A stretch of DNA of 64,000 nt, taken from the NCBI GenBank assembly GCA_044892525.1, contig CM097888.1, forward strand, positions 2,914,001 to 2,978,000, written 5' to 3'. Numbering within the stretch: position 1 is the first letter of the stretch; every line of letters begins with the position of its first letter. The notes below the pieces were generated by a model. The model ran no database searches, was not told the DNA's origin, and saw nothing but the letters and a program-made list of their open reading frames with translations. The position numbers and the translations under genes are program-made. Of this stretch, positions 39,706 through 49,925 are shown piece by piece. Origin of the DNA: Schmidtea polychroa (lineage: Eukaryota).

Positions 39706-40739
39706 ATATTCTGTCACTCTTTTTTAATATTTGGAATAAAATAATTTAGTGTGAAATTATAACTAAAAGGTTAAAGGACAATTATAATTTTACTTAATAT
39801 TAACTCTGTTACTACTGGCTTAGCAAGTTTTCCAAGGGGGTCATTTTTACAGGTCTTCGATGATAGGCCTATTGAAGCCCTAATTGACTCCTCGGATTTC
39901 AAACAAATAAGTCAAGATCATGTACAAAATGACAAAAACTTAAATTTTTGAAAACAATATATTGTAAAAACTGTCCATGTGAAACATTTGGGCTGTTAAG
40001 AAAGTAGGTAGTTAGTAGCGTACGGCAGCAATGAAACATTTGGGCTGTCTAATCAAAATAGCAATTATTAGCAAACAATTTTACGTCCGCATTCAGATTT
40101 CAGAGAGTCCCTTGATACGCCTTGACCTTGTGGATTGCGTAATACATTGTTTGCCCATTGAATATTCAATTTAATTAAAATATATTTGAATTCCATTTTT
40201 ATTATTTGGCACAAATTAGAAATTTAAAATTAAAATTATTCAATGGAAATAAAATTGGTATGCATCAATAAAGGCGCAGAAATAAATGCGCAGATAAATC
40301 TATATTGCATCGTGAATTTAAGCATTTATAACTAGATTCTAAAAAGGCATATTGTGATTATAAAAAGTGATATGGACTAGCTGGAGATTTTCCTTTTCTA
40401 TCTACACCGTTTTTGACGCGCATTTAATAATATTTACATATTAATTTGTATTCATATTGACTGAATAGGACAATTAACATATTAAGCCAAATTTTTATTT
40501 TGAATTTTAAACTTTTCAAATTTAGTCGAAATGTCAATTCGTTGCGATGATGACAAAATGATTAATATTGGTGAATGAATTCATTAATTATATCCCATAA
40601 CCAATGTTCGGGTAGAACTAAGCCTATTGGGTTTTCATCAGTTAAATTCACATTGAATGAACCGTAACAACCACTATAAGATGCAATTCCATCATCCAGC
40701 GAAATTGAATTTGAAGTATTCCCATATAAATGTCTATAA

Positions 40740-41056
40740 CAGTGCTTCTCATCATGTTATGCTCTGTCACCAACAATAGAGTTTAAAAGTCAAATTGCCC
40801 CAGATTCTGAATTAATTAACAAATTATTTTACAAGCCCTTACTTAAAAATTTCAATTTTGCTCATAGATCTTGGTTATACTATATCTTCAGTGTTAGGAA
40901 ATTGTTTCTGTCATAATATACACATAAAATACGACGTATATACTTGAGAACAATTATGATTAATCAAATTTTAAAAATCCATTAATTTCGAAATTGTCCC
41001 AACGAAAAGTTAAATCGCCCCAACAGGTGCCCTAGGGACCCAGATGAGAAGCACTG
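40740..41056. mobile_element. hAT-type MITE
   Basis: Perfect 14-bp TIR CAGTGCTTCTCATC / GATGAGAAGCACTG. Confidence 0.8.
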
Positions 41057-41057
41057 G

Positions 41058-41185
41058 CAGTAGGTAGTTAGTGGCCCACTGCAACAATTATGTAATCAAA
41101 AGTTGCAACAACGGTTCCAACAATTTTACCCCCCCCCCGGGTGGGGGGATAATTGTTCCAGGGAGCCACTAACTACCTACTACTG
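41058..41185. mobile_element. Short MITE abutting the previous one
   Basis: TIR AGTAGGTAGTTAGTGGC / GCCACTAACTACCTACT. A third copy of this end lies at 40003-40019. Confidence 0.65.
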
Positions 41186-42129
41186 GCCTATCATATATTT
41201 CTTGGTATAGAATCAAAAATGTTTGGAAATTCATATTTGTAATATCCTTCGTTGACCGAATTATTTCGTGCTTTGATTGCTAATGCGAATTCTTTAATAA
41301 AACCTTTAATTGGCTCAGTTAAATATTTGTAATCACTGGCCTTCATTTCAATCTTTCATAATCTTTAAAGATAGAGTTATTTCAGGGAAATTTGATGCTT
41401 TTTAGATGATTTTAGTGAAATATTTGTAATGATATGAATTAAGGGTAGAAATATAGTCATTTAAGATATTTTAAGGAATCTTGTTAGTTTGAGGTGAATA
41501 TATGATCTTTAACAAATATTTATCATTAAAATGCCAATCTTTAAATATTGATATATTTCAGGGAAAATGATTCTTTTTAGATGATTTTATAGGAGAATTC
41601 ACTTGGATATACCAATTATTGTCATTTAAATGAATTTACTGGTTTATTAGATGTTATTATTAGTTATCTAGTCTCTTTTGGAATTTAATGATAATTATTT
41701 TTATTGTAGATTGATGACTTTGATAATTGTAATGAATTTATACTAATTTTTTGAATATATTGAGCAATCAGTCAATCGATTTGAGTACTTGTATTACTTT
41801 TAAAAAAATAGTTAAAATTAATTTTATTTCAATTAATTTATTCAATCTAAATCAATTATCTACTAGATCTTATTTCAAAATCTTTATTAATTTATTACCT
41901 TAGTTGATTCATATTAAATTGATTGATCAATATTTTTATATTTACTGGATGATTAATGATTAGAATTCTTTCTTGTCCATTAATTACATTTTTATGACAT
42001 TTATTTTGAAAATTTAAAATTTTTACAATTATTTAATCAATTTTTACCAAGTTATTGATGCCTTGAGTTCAATTAATTTTTCATCCAATTTGTCAAGTGA
42101 TGAGTATTTTCTTTTAAATATATATTTGT

Positions 42130-42830
42130 TAGTACATAGTTGTAGGTTGTAAGTAGTTGGTTGACTTTTTAGATTTTCATAAGAAAATAGTGTATGTAAT
42201 GAAGAATATTTTGTATTTAATTGCTATTATTTTTATGTGTGGTTAATTGATTGTTGGTACTTGGTATCTTGTTGTTGGTATCTTGTATTTGGTAGTTGGT
42301 ACAGTGTTGTTTACTGATTGTTGTTATATAGTTGTAGGTTGATATTTGTTAATTTCTCGATGGGTTTTGATAGTGGTTGTTAGTACATGGTAGTCAGTTG
42401 TAAGTGTTTAGTATTTTGTTGTTTGAAACCTAGTGGTTAGTACATGGTAGCTAATTATTGAGTAGGTGGGGTTTGAGTGTGACTAATATTGCAAGTGAAG
42501 AGGATTTTCTTTTAAAGATCTATTTGTTAGTACTTGATTGTTTTTACTTGGTTGTTAATACATGTTCGTAAGTTACTGGTTGATGATACTATATTGTTGG
42601 TATCTTGTACTTGGTAGTTGGTACAGTGTTGCTTACTGATTGTTGTTATATAGTTGTAGGTTGATAATGCTTAGTACCTGGTTGATGTTGGTTGTAAGTA
42701 CTTGGTATCTAGTTGTTAGCTGATTGATAGTACTAAGTAGCAAGTTAATGGGTAGGTGGTGGTTGAGTGTTACCAATACCCTTACGACTAATACCCTTAC
42801 GACCAGTACTCTTACGACCAGTATCCTTAG
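42130..42830. repeat. Degenerate ~300-bp tandem duplication plus four copies of a 15-bp repeat
   Basis: 73-bp near-identical repeat at 42272-42344 and 42594-42666; C(C/T)A(A/G)TA(C/T)(C/T)CTTACGA units at 42773-42830. Confidence 0.8.
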
Positions 42831-43537
42831 GGGGTCAAAACATCCTGTCGGATAAACTCAGAGTATATATAATAAAACTGATCAACAATAAGTATTTATT
42901 GAATGCGATTTTGTCATTGCAATAATAAGTCAGTAGTAATCAATTAAAAGAAGAATGTTTTGTAAATTAGAATTCTAAAGTCTTTCATTTTAAATTAAAT
43001 TATTGTTGGGGTCACACCTCGGCTGACCATTCTACCATGTTGGCGGGTCTAAGGGTTGATTGTCCATCTCGAATAAAAGGTGCCACCGATTTGTCAACCT
43101 GGAGTGAAACCCCACATAACTTTCTTCCAACATAGTGCCCGTGAATCACTTCACGTTGGTACTGCACTATGCAGGCGAGACGCCAGCAAGCAGGTGAGCT
43201 TCTGCCTTAAAACTACTCCTTGCTGAGGCCTCGACTTCCCATTCACGACTGCCGATAGAAGGGCTTACGTCCATTTCCTTACACAACCACCTATCAGGAT
43301 TCGCTGAATGCAAATTGGGAAATTCTCACTAGATCTTGCGGGTCCTCTTCTCAACCCACTTAATTAAAGTCTAATTATTCAGGAACGAAAACGTGTAAGA
43401 CAACAAGATTTATTAATTTCAACGTTATGACACAAGGATTCAGCTGTACACTTTACTAATGTTTGTCGAAAGAAGAGAAAACATCATAATCAACATAGAT
43501 CGGATCCTTGTTCCTCATCCTGACCGCCACTGGGGTT

Positions 43538-44326
43538 TTATTGTTTCTCCCATTCAGTGTCGGCGAATAATTCGTCGAGGTTGAAAAACTCGGAAGCGTT
43601 CTCTTCCCACCTTACGCCAGCGGCTGATATGATTCGCGCTGAGGGTCCCGTTGTTAGGTCGATGGACACGTGAGAGTTGCCACCGTTAGTTGAGTCCTCT
43701 ATTGATGGGATGTTTGGCTTTGCAGTAGCGCGCTCGCGCTGTCTCTTCTTGCGCTCTGCACGAGAGAGTTGTTTGCGCTTGGGTTTGCTTGAAGATGCCA
43801 CTTGCAGAAGGGTGACTGATACAGATGGACTAGCAGTGGGGGGCTTACTGGTACCCGTGATGACAACATCTGGACGCTTGGGGGACCATTCGGTTTCGAC
43901 GCAGTCTCGGCACGGTCTCTTGAACGGTGGAGATGGATTCGAGGAAAGGTTGTGATGAGGCGGAAAGATGTCATCGGCCTCTCGGATGGGAATCTGCACG
44001 ATTTTTCGGGTTGTAGCCGCCTGCACGTAAACCTTATGCAGTGCCTCGGATTGTTCTCTGATTAGACTTCTTTGGGCACGGCTCTCAGATATTAGCGCGT
44101 CCCGGCAATGCTCGCTACGATCGAGCTTCTTTTGGATCTCTTTCATCCGAGCGGGACTAAACCATGTCCCTTCCAGCTCGTCTATCTTCCTCTTGTAACG
44201 TCCAATCTGAGTTTGTAGGTCCTTTATCACCGTATTTTTATCCGCGCACGAGAAGCATGGCCGTAATGCCGATTTAGTGGTTGGTAGCATGCTTGCTATA
44301 AATAATACTAATGAAATGGAGAACAT
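43538..44326 (-). CDS. Unknown protein: CxxC, coiled coil, second CxxC, basic NLS-like tract, acidic/aromatic C-terminus; probable start ATG 44290
   Basis: 262-codon ORF containing PCFSC, PCRDC, KPKRKQLSRAERKKRQR and EFFNLDELFADTEW. The stop overlaps AATAAA, and acceptor TTATTTATAG lies 5 nt before ATG 44290. Confidence 0.65.
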   Translation of the reverse strand: MFSISLVLFIASMLPTTKSALRPCFSCADKNTVIKDLQTQIGRYKRKIDELEGTWFSPARMKEIQKKLDRSEHCRDALISESRAQRSLIREQSEALHKVYVQAATTRKIVQIPIREADDIFPPHHNLSSNPSPPFKRPCRDCVETEWSPKRPDVVITGTSKPPTASPSVSVTLLQVASSSKPKRKQLSRAERKKRQRERATAKPNIPSIEDSTNGGNSHVSIDLTTGPSARIISAAGVRWEENASEFFNLDELFADTEWEKQ

Positions 44327-46374
44327 ACGATTTTAGAATAAATTAGATACGACCCGCGTCCATTCGTGGATACTTGACCGTCGAAAAGAAGGAAAACTTA
44401 TTCTACAATCCGGTTTTACTACGGATCTTAGTTGTTAAAACAGTTTATTTAACCAAATGCCCTCGGTTTGACGCATGTTATGAACTTTGACTATCTATTG
44501 ATCTAACTGTATGCATGAGGGACGTAATAATTGATAGGGTGTAAATATAATATTGGTGAAACAATATAATAATGCTTTAGTAGAGGGACATTATAGTATG
44601 CGACCAAACCTTGCTATATGTTATCTATTTTAATTTATTAAAAACAAATTACTATCGCTCTCAACATATTTTTGATTCGAAATTTGTTATTGGAAGTGCA
44701 CTTTTAATTCGGTAGTGAATGTGATTATCTATGTTGTCTACCATTGGTCTGAAAATATGTGATGAGTTTACATCAGCCATTACTTTAACACCCTCATGGA
44801 AAATCCCATCGGTCATAACATATCCAAATTTACGGATACTGCTGTCGACTGGTTGATTACGTTATCGACCTATTGTGAATGTCACGTGTCGCGACTACTA
44901 TGTATGCTAGTCTGATATTCTGTGCTCTCACCGCATGGATTCGTGTATGGCTACTATCTTATCTCACTCACTTGGTGTATGCCATTTTCACGGTGATTTT
45001 ATCGATCCTGCTGTCGTATGATTTTCTCTGCACAGTGATTTATTTGAGTTATGATTTATGCTACCGCCAGTTCTCATCGCGGAATTTTACCCTTATCAAC
45101 TTGTGTGAATGATCACCATCGTTTGGAAATTTATTGGATCTTTTCAGTGATCGTCGAGGGAATAATTCTACCAAATACTGGAGCATATTACTACTCTCGT
45201 CATTCTACTCGGATTTTCCTATTCAGATGTAATGCCGTCTCGATGAAACCTGTCCTTTTCTCTCAGGTTCAATAATTTGGATATATACAGTGATGACCTG
45301 GCTCTTATTGTAGAAATAAATGTTATTAATTAAATTTGGTGATATTTTACCTGTTTATAATTTTTGAAATAACTAAGTCTATAAAAACTTTCTGATTATA
45401 ATACTAGAGAGGTTTTCGTAGAATCTCGTATTTTATAGTTTCGAGTTAGTTAAAGTTTTTAGAATACTTTCGTAACCTGACATACAATCTGGACAGGTTA
45501 GATGACATTGGGTCTATGATAATGGAATTTCATACGAATTTAGTTCTACTGAGTCCGGCAAATAGACGTTGTCGCAATTAATTTGATAAAACCATGTTTC
45601 CAGATGAAGCGTACTATGAGATGTTGTTATTTTTGACGAAGTTCACTAAATCGTGGTCTGGATCTCTTTTTTCAATAGGGGTAAGACTTACGAAAACGAC
45701 TTGACGAAAGAAGAATGCGACGCCCTCAATCACTGTGCAAATCCTTGAAAATCCCTTCATTCGTATGACTATCTTTGTGAAATCATTGTCTACCGGTTAT
45801 TTTTTATCCATACCCCATTGTGATAATTTAGTCGCATCTTCAGCGATAGGACCCGTGAAGAAGCCTTCACATTTCGGCCCAATCTAGCTGCGCGATTGAA
45901 ATACTCCATGTCCACCGGCTGAGCTCCCGAAGGCACCTCATACCATGACATGGAGTATCTCAACTCCACGTTACTCGTTAAATGAAAATTCATAAAATCT
46001 TTAATTCAAATAAAATACGGACATCTGGATAAAAATATTTTATTGATTCTGAAATACTTAAATAATACAAATTCCATCAATACGTTAAAGTTATTAAAAT
46101 GGAGAATCAAATGAAGAGAGTTAACTAAAATGTTTAATCGTTAATATTTAACATTATTATTAGCTTTGCAAATACTTAAATAAATCTATAAACAAATGAA
46201 ATACCCCTTACTATTGTTAGGCTGAGTCAAAATTCAATGTTGTTCGTTCCAAATAGTTCTAATGGTGGTCCGTTGGATGTCGATTATTGTGATGAATGGT
46301 ATTTCGGTCTCTGAACTGGTTTTGAATAGTCGTGGAGTTTTCTGAATGACGGTTGCTTGGCTAGTAGTGTCGAT

Positions 46375-46453
46375 CCTATGAAATGCTCGGGGTTAACAGT
46401 AAAAACAGTAAACATTCTTTCTTACCTATGAAATGCTCGGGGTTAACAGTAAA
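46375..46453. repeat. 29-bp direct repeat in the putative 3' UTR/LTR
   Basis: CCTATGAAATGCTCGGGGTTAACAGTAAA at 46375-46403 and 46425-46453. Confidence 0.9.
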
Positions 46454-47071
46454 TTTAATGTTTTTGGTAGTTGTATATATATCAAATTCTTATTTGTGCG
46501 GACCAATCAGAGTTGAGTACCGCTTATTTCTATTAATTTAATATAATTTTCTTGTTTTTAGGTTGTTTTTTCCTTATTTTCTTTATTTTTAATATGTTTT
46601 TCTATTTATTTCCTTAATTTCCTTATTATTTCTTGAATTCCTCTTTATTTATTTGTCAACTTGTTCTATTTTAATCTTTTCTTAATTTTATTTTTTTTGT
46701 TTTAATTCTTATGTCTTAATTATTATTTTCCTTATATCTTATTCTATTTTATTTCTGATTTTATTTATTTTATTTTTATTTTTCTTAATGTTCTACTTCC
46801 CTACTTTCTTATTTTTCAACGATTAAATTTTCGACTCAGCCCAACAAATCACTCGGGGACCCATCAAAATTGCGTCCCGCAATTGCATAATTAACTTAAT
46901 TCATTCATTCAAAAAAAATATAACACGAACACGGAAAATTATACAACAATGATAAAAATTTTATTGTAAGATCAAGGTCAAAGCAAGACCAAGCAAGTAT
47001 CACTTAAGGTGATAGTTGGTACATACAATAAAAGTTTCCACATATAATAACACAAATGTTTGAATTAGAGT

Positions 47072-47740
47072 TTATGAATTGTTAACCATTGATGCTTCTG
47101 CTGGCGGCTGTTGGTTGGTTTGGGTATTGATGTTGAGATAGGTCTGACTATTAGATTTCGGCTGGATTGGTTGATTACTCGGGGTTCGAGGTCGGAATGG
47201 GGTTGGGTTAAGATTTGTCAGGGGCACTTCTTGAGGATTTTGGTTCGAGGTTACTCTTATTGATGTCGAGATTCTACATCTATTTCGAACTTCGTAAATT
47301 TTCATGAATATTGGTAGACATAGGAGGAGGGTTTCTGCGATCACCACATATATGAGATAATGGGCGTTATTGATTTCGGGAGGTATTTTTGGCTTTTCTA
47401 CCAGATTTCCAAAATTCTCTTGTTGCATTTGTTGTTCCAACTGGTCGAATTGTTGAATTTGTTCGAGGATTTGTTTGTTTATCATTTTACAAATGGGATT
47501 CTTTTTACACATTGTTTGGATGTTGTTGATGTGTGATCGGGTTGATTGAATGGTTTGGATGATATGGGTTTTTACGGTCATCGGGTATGTGCATTGACTG
47601 GATTCTTGTTTAGGTTCTTGATTTTGATTTCGGTAATCTCGTACGATTTTCGGTTGGGCGTCTATTTGTTTGCTCTCCATCAGAATCATCAATACCATCA
47701 TTGTTATCATCATCTCGCCTCGCATGATACTATTATACAT
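47072..47740 (-). CDS. Accessory type-I membrane protein (signal peptide, Gln-rich helical ectodomain with 3 Cys, TM, Pro/Gln/Asn-rich tail)
   Basis: MMITMMVLMILM signal-like segment; YLIYVVIAETLLLCLPIFM TM; probable ATG 47725. Confidence 0.75.
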   Translation of the reverse strand: MYNSIMRGEMMITMMVLMILMESKQIDAQPKIVRDYRNQNQEPKQESSQCTYPMTVKTHIIQTIQSTRSHINNIQTMCKKNPICKMINKQILEQIQQFDQLEQQMQQENFGNLVEKPKIPPEINNAHYLIYVVIAETLLLCLPIFMKIYEVRNRCRISTSIRVTSNQNPQEVPLTNLNPTPFRPRTPSNQPIQPKSNSQTYLNINTQTNQQPPAEASMVNNS

Positions 47741-47780
47741 TCATTATGTTTATTTACAATTGGTTTTAATGACCCTTAAT

Positions 47781-48533
47781 TTAATGGTTCTGATTTGGAT
47801 TATTTTCGCCGATTCTCATCAAGGTGGACTCTGCTTTAATTACCCTGTGTCTTAACTCGGGCAGCATTTCCAATTGTCGGTCTTTTTCGCGGGCTTCTCT
47901 CTTTAGATGTCTAATTTCTTTTTCCAAGCGTCTAATTTCTTCCCTTTTCTTTTCAAGGTTTCTTTTTAGCTCGATTTGTAGGAGATCTTGTTCGTTTTCT
48001 TGCAGGTAATTTTGTTGTTGATGTTTTCTTTCTATTTCTCTATATTTGCGGACCCACTTCCTCATTTCTTTACTTTCCCGTTGGTTTTCTTCTAGTTGTC
48101 GTTTTAATTTATTTATAGCTGTTTGGCGCTCCTCCGCCTCAGTTTTCCAGTAGTCTTGGATTACCTCCTTTGCTTTGAAGCTTGCCCTCTCTTTCCATAG
48201 TTCTTCCGCTATCTTTTCCCAGTTTTTCCCTCGCTTCCTTTGTTCGTGTAGCCATTCATTTTCCTCTTCCGTTTCTCTTTTTATTTCCCCCAACGCTTCG
48301 CACTCTTTCTTTAACACCTTTATCATTTTCCGGTCCTCTAGGTATTTGTTTATTAATCTCCCGTTTTCGTATTTCTCTTCCCGTAACTCGGCCTTTAGCG
48401 TTTGTGTTTCTGTTGTTTCTGCCTCAATCTCTCCCTCTTCTACGTCGCTCATAATTTCTATCATTTCCTCGATTTTCATATCTATAATATGTACAGTTAA
48501 TGGTGCGCTATAGTGCGACTTATACGTATACAT
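47781..48533 (-). CDS. Accessory coiled-coil protein
   Basis: 250-codon E/K/R-rich heptad ORF; probable ATG 48479. Confidence 0.75.
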   Translation of the reverse strand: MYTYKSHYSAPLTVHIIDMKIEEMIEIMSDVEEGEIEAETTETQTLKAELREEKYENGRLINKYLEDRKMIKVLKKECEALGEIKRETEEENEWLHEQRKRGKNWEKIAEELWKERASFKAKEVIQDYWKTEAEERQTAINKLKRQLEENQRESKEMRKWVRKYREIERKHQQQNYLQENEQDLLQIELKRNLEKKREEIRRLEKEIRHLKREAREKDRQLEMLPELRHRVIKAESTLMRIGENNPNQNH

Positions 48534-48588
48534 TGATATAAAATTTAATAGTTTGGGTTACAGTCCCTTGAATACTTTTACAATACTT

Positions 48589-48591
<3 letters not shown>

Positions 48592-48628
<37 letters not shown>
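48592..48628 (-). repeat. A37 tract on the element's sense strand
   Basis: 37 consecutive T on the plus strand between two accessory ORFs. Confidence 0.95.
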
Positions 48629-48629
<1 letters not shown>

Positions 48630-48677
48630 TTTGGGATATACGTCCCGGTTTTTAGTTTTTCATCTTTTCATCCACCC

Positions 48678-49787
48678 TTATACGAAGGTTTCCTCCTGGC
48701 CTACATAACCTTCATCACTATCGACCGCGGGATGTAACTGTATCGCAATAGGGTCGTATGGTAGGTAATATTGGGGGATTTGAGCTCTCAATTCATTAAT
48801 TTCGTCTCTTAGAGCTCGAGTGATGTTCAATTCCTCGTCGAGCAGATAGGTGAGATACCTTGTCTCTTCGTCTTTCGCCTCTATCTGTTTGTCTAGGGCC
48901 TTGATTTTCTCGTCGCCCTTCCATTTTTCAATTTCTATTTCTAAGTTTTTAATATTTTCGGTGTACATTTTCCTTTCGTTTTCTAATTTTCTGTTTTTTC
49001 CCGCTAGGACCATGTTTCTTTGTTCCAGCGATCCTTGTAATCCATTAAGGTCTCTTTTCATCTCTTCTACCTGATTTACTAATTCCACAACCCGTCCCGC
49101 TTGTTGGGTTATCATCTCTTCCATTGCGGCATTCTCGTGCTCTCTTATGTCGCACTTCATTGCCAAATGTCGCTCAAACTCCATAGCCTTTGTTTGCCAG
49201 GTTTGGCTTCGGGCGGCGACCTTTCTCAACCTTTTCAATTCTTCCTTTATTATTAAATTCTCCTCCCATTTACCTTGTTCGCTTTCATATCCGAGTCTCA
49301 TGGGCAATTCTTTCATCTCTTTTTTCATTTCTCTGTTTTGTCTTTTCCATTTTCTCGCTTCTGCCACTAAGTGCATCATTTTCCTGTCTTCTATTTGTTT
49401 TTCCGCTTCGCGCTTGGTGTTCTCATCGGTAAGTCTTTTTCTCGCTTCCTGCACTAGCTGCTTTAAGTAGTGGCTGTGTGCTTCTTGGCGGGTATTTTCT
49501 AGTGACGCCCATTTTGATGCTCTTTTGCATGCTTCTGCTTCCGCTCTTAAGTTGTGTATTAACCATTGGTATTGACTATTCTCATCTTCTCTAGTTTCTT
49601 CGATGTGATTTCGGGTGAGATTAGTTAGTTGGAACATTACTTTGTTCCATTTTTTATTATGTTCTCGGGGAATTTGTGTCTTGTTGACATTGGTTGGGGC
49701 TATCGCAGTTTCGGTTATTTTCTCTTGTGTCATCTCTAAATCATAGACATCGATTAATCTTTTTATTATGAAAAGGAATTTATTCAT
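48678..49787 (-). CDS. Accessory long coiled-coil protein
   Basis: 369-codon heptad-rich ORF; probable ATG 49733. Confidence 0.8.
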   Translation of the reverse strand: MNKFLFIIKRLIDVYDLEMTQEKITETAIAPTNVNKTQIPREHNKKWNKVMFQLTNLTRNHIEETREDENSQYQWLIHNLRAEAEACKRASKWASLENTRQEAHSHYLKQLVQEARKRLTDENTKREAEKQIEDRKMMHLVAEARKWKRQNREMKKEMKELPMRLGYESEQGKWEENLIIKEELKRLRKVAARSQTWQTKAMEFERHLAMKCDIREHENAAMEEMITQQAGRVVELVNQVEEMKRDLNGLQGSLEQRNMVLAGKNRKLENERKMYTENIKNLEIEIEKWKGDEKIKALDKQIEAKDEETRYLTYLLDEELNITRALRDEINELRAQIPQYYLPYDPIAIQLHPAVDSDEGYVGQEETFV

Positions 49788-49925
49788 TATTTACTGTTTC
49801 TTGGGAAATTTTCGCATCATTTTTGGGTTTTCGTATTTAGGGTTTTCATACTATTATTATATAATATTTTATTGGTTATATACACCGATATATACAGATT
49901 ATTATATACAACATTATTCGATTGG

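Noticed and set aside
43317-43328. NF-kB-like site GGGAAATTCT (similar at ~49803)
   Set aside because: Imperfect match that is expected by chance in AT-rich DNA.
44291-44326. Apparent signal peptide MFSISLVLFIAS of the 262-codon ORF
   Set aside because: It coincides with a pyrimidine-rich acceptor tract ending TTTATAG before ATG 44290, so it is more likely untranslated. Not fully excluded.
42846-47070. Definitive LTR boundaries, PPT and TSD
   Set aside because: Only one end of the element is in the window and no convincing polypurine tract next to a TG was found. Boundaries remain tentative.
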